Shown: positions 29,916-40,952, counted from the first letter of the stretch. The stretch is DNA of 64,000 nt from an uncultured Verrucomicrobiae bacterium (GCA_963813025.1 CAWEXO010000008.1:32001-96000), one strand, 5' to 3'. Made by a program: numbers and translations. The notes: generated from the sequence alone by a model not told the origin.

Positions 29916-30289
29916 TCTTGGACACCAACGCGCTCTCGGCGTTCGCCGACGCAGATAACGATCTTTTGCCGGTTTTGGGGAGTACCCAGGATCTCTGCCT
30001 TCCGGTGATAGTACTGGGCGAATATCGATACGGCATCTCCAATTCCCGCTATCACGCCAAGTATCGTCAGTGGTTGGCCCGCGATCTAAATCTTTTCCGT
30101 ATCTTGGAAGTTTCCGAGGTTACCAGCATTCATTACGCGGAAATTCGGTCCAGTTTGAAAACGCAAGGAACACCAATCCCGGCAAACGATTGTTGGATTG
30201 CGTCTTTGGCCAAACAATACCAGTTACCAATCGTCAGCCGGGATGCCCATTTCGACGCAGTCAAAGGGATCCGGCGCGTCAACTGGTGA
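29912..30289 (+). CDS. vapC: VapC PIN-domain toxin
   Basis: MILDTN, VLGE, IPANDCWIA and SRDAHF. Confidence 0.93.
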   Translation: MILDTNALSAFADADNDLLPVLGSTQDLCLPVIVLGEYRYGISNSRYHAKYRQWLARDLNLFRILEVSEVTSIHYAEIRSSLKTQGTPIPANDCWIASLAKQYQLPIVSRDAHFDAVKGIRRVNW

Positions 30290-30359
30290 ATTCGCTGCCA
30301 ACCCGGAGGCTTCGAGAAACGCTGGGAACTGCAAGGTGCCGCGGGCCTGATTCACCCAT

Positions 30360-30431
30360 CGTTCTCGCGTAGGACGCACGGCCTCGTGCGTCACTTCTCA
30401 GATTGTGGATCCGGCCGTGGCCGGACGCTAC
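30360..30431 (+). repeat. REP-like family B copy downstream of vapC
   Basis: cgttctcgcgtaggacgcacggcctcgtgcgtcacttctcaga...ggacgctac. Confidence 0.85.
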
Positions 30432-30589
30432 TTGGGGTCGTTCCGGGCCTTCTTCCCGCCCAAGTGCCGCGCTCCGCGCGGTTAAGGCTTCCCTCGTCCG
30501 AGCACTACCGGTATTGACGATCGGCTATTTGCTATTCGCCACCACGCTTTGGCGCGGTAGCCTTCGATCGGCCTTGGCCGCAGCGCCTC

Positions 30590-30878
30590 CCTTGCCGAGC
30601 GCACCAGTTTCATTAAAGTTATCGACGTTGGCAGAACTCTTCGACTGGTCCAGCACGACATCGAGAATTATCGAAAGGAATATCCGAAGCTGGTGGATCG
30701 AATTCGGTTTACCCAAGCTCCCGCTCCCGAGCTTCCCAGCAAAATCAAGGCCCAACAAAACGCCGGGCGCCTCGATATTGACCTGGTGCTCACTGGGCTT
30801 GACGGGCTTGCCGCCGGAATCGATCAGGACCTCTGGCTGCGACTCATTCCTGATTACGAGGAAAAGTTCCGGGACTGA
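30590..30878 (+). pseudogene. ABC substrate-binding protein N-terminal fragment
   Basis: FTQAPAPELPSKIKAQQNAGRLDIDLVLTGLDGLAAGI; frameshifted and truncated. Confidence 0.55.
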
Positions 30879-31120
30879 TGACGAATTACCTGCCTCCTGC
30901 CCTCTAGATGTGCGAACTGGGCAGCGGTGACGGCGTGACGGTCACCTATTATCCTTCCGGACCGCTCCTTGAGTACGCGCCCGAGCGCGTAAAAGATCCA
31001 CCAACCAGCACCGACGGCGGAGCAACACTTCGCCTTGAACAGGAACTCCGGGTCACCGGCGAATCGCAAAGGTGGACCGTCAACCGCATCTGGCGACGGG
31101 ATTAATCCGATGGGTTCGGC

Positions 31121-31246
31121 CTACCTTTTCGGTTTCATCACCGGCTTCGGCGCGGCAGCGGCACCGCTTTTCTGTTTCGCCGCGGCGGCCTTCGCCTGCT
31201 TATGCGCCGCTTGTTTCTGCGTCGATTTTGGATTTTTGTCGCCCAT
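31121..31246 (-). CDS. Small basic Lys/Ala-rich protein (41 aa)
   Basis: Manual translation MGDKNPKSTQKQAAHKQAKAAAAKQKSGAAAAPKPVMKPKR*; below the ORF-track cutoff. Confidence 0.6.
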   Translation of the reverse strand: MGDKNPKSTQKQAAHKQAKAAAAKQKSGAAAAPKPVMKPKR

Positions 31247-31503
31247 AACAAACCATGATACCACACCCGGTCTCGCTGGCGCGAGTCCTAAACCAAATAT
31301 TGCGTAAAAGCGCTAGCAACAGCACTTGCCGGAAAACTGGCCTGCGAGTCGTCAATCCAGCGCCAATCCGCTCTTTCCAAATGACCGACAATCAATAGCC
31401 AATAACCAGTGAATCAGGAGCGACCGTGGGGAGTCAGCCATCGGTTATTTGCCTTGGCCCTTGGTCGTTGGTCATCGGCGATTGGTCATGGAAAATGTTG
31501 AAA

Positions 31504-32310
31504 ATGCCATCCTCGACAAAATTTCTTGCTGACTATCACGTACATACTCCTCTCTGCCGCCACGCCGTCGGGCGGCCCGAGGAATTTGTAGCCGCTGCTC
31601 GACACGCTGGTTTAAGCGAACTCGGCTTTGCGGATCACAATCCGATGCCGGAACACTTCGACGAGTGGCGCATGTCGATCGAGCAATTACCAATGTACTT
31701 TGAGTTCGTCGCGGAAGCGCGCTCGTTCGGGCTGCCTGTCCGGCTCGGGTTGGAATGCGATTTTATCCCTGGTTTCGAGCCGTGGATCGAGAAACTTGCC
31801 GCCAAAGCCGATTGGGACTTTCTCTTCGGGAGCGTCCATTATATTGCTCCGGGCTGGGACGTCGACAATCCACGGTTCATCGGGCGATTTGATGAAGGTG
31901 ACGTCGATGAGATCTGGGACCTTTACTGGAAGCGGTTTGTTCAATGCATTGACAGCGGGCTGTTCGACGCGGTCACTCACCCGGATCTGCCAAAGAAATT
32001 TGGCTACCGGCCCGGTGGCGATCTCCGCCGGTACTACGAACCAGCCGTGGCCGCACTCGCCGACCAGAAGATCGCCTACGAGATCAATACGGCTGGATTA
32101 CGCAAAGAGGTGCAGGAGATTTATCCAGCACCCGAGTTTATCGAATTGGCCGTGGCCGCCGGTGTCCCGGTGCTGATCAATTCGGACGCGCACGCGCCTT
32201 CAGAGATCGGGTTCGCGTTTCCAGAAGCGCGGCAGTCGGCGAGAAACGCAGGCTACACGTCCTTGGTCCGGTTTGAGGGACGCCGGCCATTTCCCGAGCG
32301 GCTCGACTAG
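31504..32310 (+). CDS. PHP-family histidinol-phosphatase (HisJ/HisK type)
   Basis: DYHVHT, ADH, GLE, GSVH, HPD, EINT and NSDAH. Confidence 0.9.
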   Translation: MPSSTKFLADYHVHTPLCRHAVGRPEEFVAAARHAGLSELGFADHNPMPEHFDEWRMSIEQLPMYFEFVAEARSFGLPVRLGLECDFIPGFEPWIEKLAAKADWDFLFGSVHYIAPGWDVDNPRFIGRFDEGDVDEIWDLYWKRFVQCIDSGLFDAVTHPDLPKKFGYRPGGDLRRYYEPAVAALADQKIAYEINTAGLRKEVQEIYPAPEFIELAVAAGVPVLINSDAHAPSEIGFAFPEARQSARNAGYTSLVRFEGRRPFPERLD

Positions 32311-32325
32311 AACCAGGTAGTGCTA

Positions 32326-33449
32326 GTGCCTAATTGCGTAAGTTAGTTATATGTATGGCTACTTTCCCCTGGTGTACCTGGGATTTGGTCCATTCGAAGG
32401 GAGCCGCATTGTTATTGTAGTTCTTGATGAAGGTGTCGATGGCGTTGCGCAGCTCTGCCACGCTGGTGAAGTTTGCCCCCTGGAGGGCTTGGCGGCTCAA
32501 GATACTAAACCAGATCTCAATCTGGTTGAGCCAAGAAGCGTGGGTTGGAGTGAAATGAAAATGCACATTGGGGTGAGCCTTCAACCAGCGATCTTGCTTT
32601 GGCTTATGGGTCGCAAGGTTGTCTAAGACCACATGAATTTCTTTGTCGAGATTTCCGGCAACTACCTGGTTCATAAACTCCAGGAATTCCCGTCGGCGCT
32701 GGCGCCGGTAATGACCAGCCTGCACTTGGCCGCTGGCAATGTTGAGGGCGGCAAAGAGAGTGGAGGTGCCATGGCGCTTGTACTCGTGGCTAAAACCCGT
32801 CAGCGCCCTGCCATTGGGCAAGCGAATCCAACCTTGGGCTCTTTCCAGGGCTTGAATGGCTGGTTTTTCATCAATGGCCAAGATGAGCGCATTCTGGGGC
32901 GGATTGAGATAAAGACCGACAATGTCAGCGGCCTTGCGCACAAACTCCGGATCGGTGGAAATGCACCAGCTGCGGCGCCGTTCCAATTCAATGCCTTGTT
33001 GGCGCAAAATGCGCCAGACTTGATCGGAGGAAACATCGGCCAGACTCTGCGCCAGCAGTCGCCCATTCCAGCGCCCGTAGCCCGCCGGTGGATCTTCATC
33101 CAGCAGCGCCAAGACCCGCTTGACCGTCATTTGATCATACTTGGCCGGCTTTCCACTGCGTGGCGCGTCTTCCAAGCCAGCCAGGCCTTGGCGCACAAAG
33201 CGCCGCCGCCATTTACTCACCGTCACCTCGGGAATGCGCAGGCTCTTGGCAATCGCACGTCCACTCAAGCCCGCTGCCGCCTTCAAGATAATCTGACTCC
33301 TGACCTTGAGCCGGTGTTCGACCCGTTGCGCTCGACTCCAACCCTCCAAGAGCTTGCGGTTTTCCACAGAAAGTTTGATGCGACCCGTTGCCATCCATCC
33401 AACAAATCATAATTTTTCATAAATATAAAGAACTAAAGCAACTAAGTAC
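32326..33449 (-). mobile_element. IS630-family element A
   Basis: TA duplication (32324-25 and 33450-51), imperfect ~21-bp TIRs, intact transposase. Confidence 0.92.
32330..33394 (-). CDS. IS630 transposase
   Basis: HTH, IDEKPAIQAL, YKRHGT, LDNLATHK and SWLNQIE. Confidence 0.95.
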   Translation of the reverse strand: MATGRIKLSVENRKLLEGWSRAQRVEHRLKVRSQIILKAAAGLSGRAIAKSLRIPEVTVSKWRRRFVRQGLAGLEDAPRSGKPAKYDQMTVKRVLALLDEDPPAGYGRWNGRLLAQSLADVSSDQVWRILRQQGIELERRRSWCISTDPEFVRKAADIVGLYLNPPQNALILAIDEKPAIQALERAQGWIRLPNGRALTGFSHEYKRHGTSTLFAALNIASGQVQAGHYRRQRRREFLEFMNQVVAGNLDKEIHVVLDNLATHKPKQDRWLKAHPNVHFHFTPTHASWLNQIEIWFSILSRQALQGANFTSVAELRNAIDTFIKNYNNNAAPFEWTKSQVHQGKVAIHITNLRN

Positions 33450-33510
33450 TAGTGCCAACGCCAGTGTCAGTGCCAGTGCTAGTGCTAGTACCAATGCCAG
33501 TGCCAGACTA
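33448..33510 (+). repeat. Hexamer array (AGTGCY)n interrupted by IS630 A
   Basis: agtgcc..agtgtc agtgcc agtgct agtgct; continues left of the IS at 32319-32325. Confidence 0.8.
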
Positions 33511-33525
33511 GAGTGGTGTTGCTCC

Positions 33526-34404
33526 ATGTTACTCCGTACCCGCGACCGCGCCATCCTGTTTCCGCGCCGGCCGTTGATCATGGGTATCGTCAACCTCAAC
33601 GACGATTCGTTTTCCGGGGACGGTTCTCTCGATCCGACCAAGGCGCTGAAACAGGCTCGCCAGCATGTAGCCGCCGGTGCGGATATCATTGACATCGGGG
33701 GCGAAAGCGCCCGGACAAATCGAGAAGCGATCGAGGAAACAACGGAGATCCTGAGAGTGGCGCCGTTTGTCGAGCAATTCCCGTCCTCTTTCCATGGACT
33801 GGCTCCACTCGATCGAGAGCAACTCTTTCCGCCTCTCCTCTCGATCAACACGTGGCGAAGCCGCGTGGCACGCGCGTTACTTGCAATCGGAGGCGACATT
33901 CTCAATGACATGAGCGGCCTGGCCGAGAGCGCGAACGCCTGCGCCGCGGCCGAGGCACAGGCCGGGCTCGTGATCATGCACCTAGTCGGCCAACCAAAGG
34001 AAAAGCACACGCACGTGCGTTACGCGGACGTCATCGGGACCGTTCGCCGATTTTTTGCCGATCGGATTGAAAAAGCCGTGGCAACAGGGCTGGACCGGGA
34101 AGCGGTGATCCTGGATCCCGGACTTGATTTCGCCAAACAGTCCAAAGACAACCTGAGGGTTCTCCGTGAACTCCGTCAATTCCAGGACTTGGATCGGCCC
34201 CTGCTCTTGGCGCCCTCGCGAAAGACGGTGATCGACAACGTGCTCGCGTTGCCCGAACCTTCCGAACGAGACGCGGGCACCGTGGCCTGCGTGGTGGCAG
34301 GGATGCTCCGCGGCGCCGCGATTTTTCGGGTGCACAATGTCGTAGCGGCTTCGCAGGCTGTTCGCGTTCTTTGGCCGGTGATCTCGCAGAAGCTGGCGGA
34401 GTAG
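33526..34404 (+). CDS. folP: Dihydropteroate synthase
   Basis: MGIVN..DSFS, IDIGGES, ILDPG, SRK and RVHNV. Confidence 0.93.
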   Translation: MLLRTRDRAILFPRRPLIMGIVNLNDDSFSGDGSLDPTKALKQARQHVAAGADIIDIGGESARTNREAIEETTEILRVAPFVEQFPSSFHGLAPLDREQLFPPLLSINTWRSRVARALLAIGGDILNDMSGLAESANACAAAEAQAGLVIMHLVGQPKEKHTHVRYADVIGTVRRFFADRIEKAVATGLDREAVILDPGLDFAKQSKDNLRVLRELRQFQDLDRPLLLAPSRKTVIDNVLALPEPSERDAGTVACVVAGMLRGAAIFRVHNVVAASQAVRVLWPVISQKLAE

Positions 34405-34591
34405 TGCCAGTGCCAGTGCACAGAAGAAGGAGGACTAGTGTAGTGACACTGGCTTGAGCCGCTTGAGCGGGTAAAGCGGCACGAGCGGGAAACAGGAAAA
34501 CTGAGAAATGCCAGCAGACGATATCTGCGTCGGACTTCAGGCAAATCTCGATTTGTGTTCTCTCATTAGCACCAGCACTAACACTGGCACC

Positions 34592-34692
34592 AGTGCAGTG
34601 TATCACTTGTTTCCAGAGCGGACTTGATGGGCGTCCACGGAACATTTCGTAAGGGTGGTCGTGCGTTGAAACCAAATGATACGGTGCACTAG
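34592..34692. mobile_element. ~100-bp IS630-type MITE
   Basis: Left AGTGCAGTGTATCACTTGTTTCCA versus right TGAAACCAAATGATACGGTGCACT(AG), 19/24 inverted match. The left 30 bp is the perfect reverse complement of the IS630 end at 37071-37100. Confidence 0.7.
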
Positions 34693-35419
34693 GACCTCTT
34701 GATGGAAGGAGCAACAACAGTGAGGGCCTTCCCGGAATGACGTGAAGGACGTGTTCGTTTGCACGTTTCTGCAGCCCCGCGGCGTGCGACTGATCTTCAG
34801 CGGCTTCGACAACCGGGTCTCAGAAAGTACGTCTCTTGGCGATAAGCCAGAGTTTTGCAATGCATCTTGAAGACGTTCGTAGGCCACATCGCTAAGCAGT
34901 TTGGCCCGTGTGGGCTATCAAAAGGGCCAGGCCGCCAAGCTGGAAGCCGACCAAGAACGCGAGACCCATCGCAATGGGACGAGCAAAAAGACGCTCTTAA
35001 GCGAGGAGGCGACTTGGGGATCGAGGTTCCTCGAGACCAGCTCTCAGAGTTTGAACCGCAATTTATCCGCAAGGGTCAGCGACGCTTTGGCGGCTTTGGT
35101 GCCAAAATCATCGCCATGAAAATCAGGCGACAAACCATTTATTGTACATTGGCGACAAACTGAGTACCCTGTCGAATTTGTTAATAAATCATCAGAACGC
35201 TACCCAATGGCAACAGCCAAGAAACTATCTTAGGTCACCGAGCGGCCATCGTCTGGGGCCGCGCCGGAGATGTATTGCGGGGTTGGCAGTGAGTGGTTTC
35301 AGAGCGCACGTCCCGCTAATCGGTTTCGGCGGCCGGCTCGGAGCATTTGTTCCGCATTCCGGTGAGCGGATTGGAGGCGAATGCGATCGGGCGTCATTCC
35401 TTAATAACGACGCACGGTC

Positions 35420-36364
35420 GTGACAGACTGCATTATGGCTTTTAGCAATGATTTCGGCTCCGCATTCCGTCGCCTGCGCGGTCGGCTTCCGGTCTATGCC
35501 GGCATGCTTCATCGCTTCGATTGGCTTGCGATGTTCATCCTCGGCCGTTTTGAGATAGTCCAGAAATGGGCCGGCCGCGAAAAGAAGGGCGACTTGTCGC
35601 AGCCTCAGGCCACCGCCGCCCAACGGTCGGTCATTCTCAGCGAAATGACGCCCGAGGAGATCGTCCGCCATATCGGCGTTAATGGGATAGCAGAGGGGCT
35701 CCGGCTCCCCGAGGAAACCGTCGCTGATGTGATCTCGTTCGCCGCCAGAACTCCATGTTACGCTAACGCCGAGCGCGATCGCCCGCTCGATCGGTGTCAG
35801 CGCGGACAGTTGGCCGCCGCGGACGCGGTGATTGGAGACTACCTCGACAGCATCGCCGACTGCGATGCGATCCGACGGCTGTGGCGGGACCCAAAGATCT
35901 TAGCCATTGCGGGTGGCTATTTGGGCAGAAAACCGCTGCCTTTGAGATCACGCCTCTGGTGGAGTTTTCGGAATGACCGCGCGACCTCCGAGGTGCGCGC
36001 CGCTCACGCGCAGGATCTCTTTCACTTTGATCTCGACGACTGGCGCGCCATAAAATTTTTCTTCTACCTGACCGACGTCGGCCGCGAGAATGGTCCGCAT
36101 ATCTATGTGCGGAAGAGCCATCGAAATCGATCGATACGCGATCAACTTTTACCCTTCAAGGGCCGGTCGAGCCGCTACATTGCCGCGCGATACGGTGAAG
36201 CTAATTTCGCAATAATCCAGGGACCGGCCGGGACCGGCTTCGTCCAAGATCCCTACGGTTTTCACACGGGCACCTCGGTGATGGGGGCCTCGCGCCTCAT
36301 TTTCGAGATCGAGTATGGCGTCTCGCGGCCGACCCTGGCAGGGCCGTTCTACGTGCCGCGCTAA
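35420..36364 (+). CDS. PhyH-like Fe(II)/2-oxoglutarate dioxygenase
   Basis: FHFD (HxD), KFFFYLTDV..ENGP..VRKSH, distal GFH.G and R. Confidence 0.75.
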   Translation: MTDCIMAFSNDFGSAFRRLRGRLPVYAGMLHRFDWLAMFILGRFEIVQKWAGREKKGDLSQPQATAAQRSVILSEMTPEEIVRHIGVNGIAEGLRLPEETVADVISFAARTPCYANAERDRPLDRCQRGQLAAADAVIGDYLDSIADCDAIRRLWRDPKILAIAGGYLGRKPLPLRSRLWWSFRNDRATSEVRAAHAQDLFHFDLDDWRAIKFFFYLTDVGRENGPHIYVRKSHRNRSIRDQLLPFKGRSSRYIAARYGEANFAIIQGPAGTGFVQDPYGFHTGTSVMGASRLIFEIEYGVSRPTLAGPFYVPR

Positions 36365-36649
36365 ATAGGACAGCGATTCGACGCTCGTTCTCGACGAGCC
36401 CCGGCGGCGCCTGGGTGTTCGCTGCATCGAGACCGCGCAATGCGGCAACAACCGCTGGTGGCGTGTTTACCGGCACCTTGATTGCCGCCGCTACCGCGGG
36501 TGGGTCACTGCGCCGTTATGGAGCCTCTCGCCATCGCCTCGAAATTCACCGCACCGAGCGTGTCCCTCAGGCTGGTGCACAAGAACAGATCCCGCTTCGG
36601 CGAGGCATTGCTGCAGGCTGTGCCACGACAACCGGCCAAGGAAGGTCAC

Positions 36650-37102
36650 CCGATGGGACGTTGTCGCTTTATGCAGCCTTAATACCAGGAGTGGTGAGGT
36701 CATCGGCCAGACCACCGCCCGCCACATTAGTGCGGAGTTCGTCGCGTTTTTGGAAGATCTGCTCGCCCGCCAAGCTCCAGCGCAGGCCATTCACCTCATC
36801 TGCGACAACTTGAGCGCACATAAAACCAAAGCAGTCTGCAATTTTCTGGCTCGTCATCCTCAGGTGCGCATTCATTACACGCCGACCTATTCGTCGTGGC
36901 TCAACCATGTCGAAATCTGGTTCTCTAAAATCCAACGTGATCTCATTGCCCGCGGCATCTTTACTTCCATCAAAGATCTGGATCGAAAAATCATGCGTTA
37001 TATTCGCTCTACAACCGCAAAGCCATCCCGATTAAATGGTCCTACAAAGATGCTTTCAACCGCATTAAACCCGCTCTGGAAACAAGTGATACACTGCACT
37101 AG
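36650..37102 (+). pseudogene. 5'-truncated IS630 transposase of a second subfamily, with its right end
   Basis: GTLSLYAAL, ICDNLSAHK and TPTYSSWLNHVEIWF; ends ...DTLH* at CTAG. Confidence 0.85.
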
Positions 37103-38226
37103 TATCTAATTGCGTAAGTTATTTATATGCTTAGTAACTTCCCACTTGATGTACCTGCGATTTAGTCCATTCGAAGGGAGCCGCGTCGCTATTGTAGTTT
37201 TTGATGAATGTCGTCGATCGCATGGCGCAGCTGAGCAACACTGGTAAAGTTGGCTCCTTGCAAGGCTTGGCGGCTCAAGATACTAAACCAAATCTCAATC
37301 TGATTGAGCCACGAGGCGTGGGTTGGAGTGAAATGAAAATGCACATTGGGGTGAGCTCTCAACCAACGATCCTCTTTTGGCTTGTGGCTGGAAAGATTAT
37401 CCAAAACCACATGAATTTCCTTATCGAGATGTCCGGCCAATACTGGTTCATGAACTCGAGGAATTCCCGGCGACGCCGGCGCCGGTAGTGGCCGGCCTGA
37501 ATTTGGCCGCTGGCAATGTTTAGAGCGGCAAAGAGGGTTGAGGTGCCATGGCGCTTGTACTCATGACTAAAACCCGTCAGCGCCTTGCCATTGGGCAGTC
37601 GGATCCAACCTTGCGCCCGTTCCAAGGCTTGAATGGCTGGCTTTTCATCGATGGCAAAGATGAGCGCATTCTGGGGAGGATTGAGATAAAGACCAACAAT
37701 GTCGGCCGCCTTGCGCGCAAACTCCGGGTCAGTGGAAATGCACCAACTGTGGCGCCGTTCCAATTCGATGCCTTGTTGGCGCAAAATGCGCCAGACTTGA
37801 TCGGGGGAAACATCGGCCAGATGCTGGGCAATCAGCCGCCCATTCCAGCGCCCATAGCCCGCCGGTGGATTTCTATCCAGGAGTTCCAACACCCGTTTGA
37901 CTGTGACTTCATCATATTTGGCCGGCTTTCCACTGCGCGGCGCGTCCTCCAATCCAGCGATTCCGTGACGCAAAAACCGCCGGCGCCACTTGCTGACCGT
38001 CACCTCGGGAATGCTCAGACTTTTGCCAATCTCACGTCCACTGCAACCTTCTGCCGCCTTGAGAATAATTTGACTCCTTATTTTAAGCCGATGTTCCACT
38101 CGCTGCGCTCGACTCCAACCCTCCAACAGCTTGCGATCTTCCACATCTAGTTCGATTCGACCCGTTGCCATCGGCCCATCAAACCATAATCTTTAATAAA
38201 TATAAAGAACTAAAGCAACTAAGTAC
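37102..38226 (-). mobile_element. IS630-family element B (diverged isoform of A; frameshifted transposase, start 38171)
   Basis: Same TIRs as A; TA at 37100-01 and 38227-28; frameshifts near 37445 and 37210. Confidence 0.9.
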
Positions 38227-38236
38227 TAGTACTAGT

Positions 38237-40109
38237 CTCAAAATAAGCGAGTTCCGAATGCGACGCGACGAACTTCCCGTTCGGCCAGGCAAATTCTTAG
38301 AAAATGGTGCAAATCCGGTTGGTTCTGGCGACCGAAGGCCCAGGTTTGCTTTTCTCAGGCCAAAACAATGAAAGTTTTTGGAGTTAGTGCGATTTTGGGC
38401 GCCGATACATGCCTCGCCAGGGCATAGCTCTGCCTTGGAAATTTGAGCGTTCCGCCTAGAGTATCGTCAATAGGCCTGCTTCAGGCAGGTGCCATCCGCC
38501 GAAGATTTTCCCAGGCAGCGAAGAAGTCTTTTAGCCAACTGTTGTAACCCATGATCCGATAAATGATCCTCCGACCGCTGCGCACGATCTGTGCCGGCAA
38601 CAACACAATGGCATGCAGGAAGCGCCGGAACTCCATCTGGACTAGCTCCAGCCCCCCTTTGCCGATTGGGCATAAGCAGTCCATACCAGGATTTGAGATT
38701 CCAGGCCAGGGCACTGATGACCATGTAAGCCCAATTACTGAGGAGATCGTCTACCGGCATGCGCATGGCGTTAACCCCATTTTTGAGTTGCTCGATCACA
38801 TTCTCCTGGTCACACCGCTGGTTGGCCAGCGCCACGATCTCTTGGGCCCGATAATTGGTGTGGTTGGTGAGATAGAAGAAGTATCTAATCTCTTCCAAGA
38901 GCACCGTTTCCCCTTTCTGGAGGCTGATGTTTTTGCGCATCACCACCAGCCGATAGCTGCGTCCGCATTTGAGTGGCTGATAATTAAACTCGGCCACGCT
39001 TTCGCCCACCAACTTTTTGTTCAAGTACCCCTTAAACCGCACAATTGCCTCCTTGACCCGAAGGGGCTTACGTCGCGGCTCAGTGGCAATTTCATAGCGA
39101 GCCAAGCGTTCCAGCGGCTGCCAGCCTGCTTCCGGCAAGGCTTCGGCCAGTTGCACTACTTTCTGATGAGCATCCATGCCAAAGAGAAATTTGATCCCTT
39201 GGCTATCCCAGCGATCTAACTCGGCGCTGAGCGTAAAATCGCTGTCCCCGCGCAGCGTGATCTCACCGGCATGGGGGCGCACCAACTCGATGGCCCGCTC
39301 AATCCATGGCACACATCCTTCATGGCTGACGACGTTGCCCGGCCGATTAACCAGATAAAGCACTTCTCGGGTGTTTGCCAACGAGACAATCAAGGGCGCA
39401 TAACCCCAGATGCCTTTGTAGGAAAGCCCTACTCCGCCTTTGCACGCCCCTAAAGTCGGAGCCATTGTGCCATCGATATCAAGAAAGGCTTGGGCAAGAA
39501 AAGCCCGAGGCTGCTTTTTCCACACCCGCTGCCGAGTCGTGTTGATGGCTTCCAGCAAATCCAGAATCGAGCCTTGGTCAAAGCGCCGGGTGAAATCTCC
39601 GCTGGTAGTCGGATCAGGGATACGTTGCGCGCCCAGACCCTCCAGGAAAGCTTCATCGTTGCGCCGCAACTCGATATCTTCCAGCCGTTGGCCATCCAAC
39701 AGTGCATTGTAGGCCAGGTTCAACACATGATCGCTTTCGTGATAGGGCAAATGCCGTTTGAGAAGCTGCACCCGCCCATCGATCTCCTCGGCTAATCCTA
39801 GCCGCTGCCCCATTAGATGGATCGCGCCAATACCGCCGTAGTTTACCGCCCGGTTACGTTCAGCCATCTCAAAATGGATGTTGCTGGCACTCAGCATCGG
39901 TGTCGGCTGTTCACTCCATCGCCGCTCAGGATCCAAACGACGTTCGATTCGGCGCTTGCGATTACGCAGGATCTTCGGATAACTTCTACTCACTCGAAAT
40001 GCCTTTCTTCCTTGGTCTGGTTAGCTTTGCACTTCCCAGCAAACCAAGCATCGAAGCGCATTTCGAGCTTTTTTGTCCCCTCATGCGGTTAAATCACGCT
40101 TCCTTAAGG
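38237..40109 (-). mobile_element. IS1380-family element
   Basis: Imperfect ends CTCAAAATAAGCG / CGCTTCCTTAAGG, flanked by ACTAGT on both sides. Confidence 0.75.
38481..39993 (-). CDS. IS1380 DDE transposase (frameshift in a G run near 38655)
   Basis: LDIDGT, YKGIWGY, LRGDSDF and RCDQENVIEQLK. Confidence 0.88.
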
Positions 40110-40192
40110 ACTAGTACTGACACTGACACTGACACTGACACTGACACTGACACTAACACTGACACTAGCACTGGCACTGACACTGACACTAG
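40110..40192 (+). repeat. Hexamer array (ACTGAC)n
   Basis: actgac repeated, with variants actaac, actagc and actggc. Confidence 0.92.
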
Positions 40193-40809
40193 CGCTCTCC
40201 AGCGGCGCGCCAAGCCGGATGAGCCACGATGAGAGCCACAGCCTTGCTGGTAAGGGACTTGCCCGGTTCAATCATCGGCCAAGGTGACGCGCCGGATGGA
40301 TGAGGTAACGCGACAAGATCAAAGCGGTGTTCCCATTTCTGTACGCGTTGAATCGTACCAATTAATTCAGTGAACCGCGGCACCGGTTCAATAAATTGGG
40401 CAATCGCCAACCGGCCTACCGCGATCACCAGCCGCGGTTTCAAGATCGCGAACTCGGCGCGCATCCACGGGCGGCAATTCTCAATCTCCGTTGGGTCAGG
40501 CACGCGATCACCCTGTGGACTATCCCGGCCCGGGAAACACCGGCAGACGGCCCCGAAATAAATTCTGTTGCGCATTTCGCTCTCCGTCCAACCCGCAGTC
40601 TGCTCAAACCAGCGGAAAAGATTCCGACCGCCCGTCCAAGCAAAAGGACGTCCAAGGGCCGGTTCGCGAATTCCGGGAGCCTGGCCAACCAGAAACACTT
40701 GACTGACCACCGGTCCGGCGGTGACGGGTCTGGATTGCATCAACGGACAGCGACGGCATTTCTTCAGATCAGCGAGATGCTGTTCGAGCTGCGTTCGCCG
40801 TCGACCCAT
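40189..40809 (-). CDS. Uracil-DNA glycosylase family protein
   Basis: CRRC, GQAPG, CFPG, DRVP..E...C and LPHPS. Confidence 0.88.
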   Translation of the reverse strand: MGRRRTQLEQHLADLKKCRRCPLMQSRPVTAGPVVSQVFLVGQAPGIREPALGRPFAWTGGRNLFRWFEQTAGWTESEMRNRIYFGAVCRCFPGRDSPQGDRVPDPTEIENCRPWMRAEFAILKPRLVIAVGRLAIAQFIEPVPRFTELIGTIQRVQKWEHRFDLVALPHPSGASPWPMIEPGKSLTSKAVALIVAHPAWRAAGER

Positions 40810-40952
40810 CAGTCGAAAAGCTTCCGCTCGTCCGGCCCAGCAAGCAAACGCTGGCTTTGGGCCATGGTCGGCCGGCTTCACAAACGCCCTTGCACCCCGC
40901 GGCGTTCGCGTCCTAACATAGCTCCCTCGCGGCCACAGCAAGGAGACCTCAC

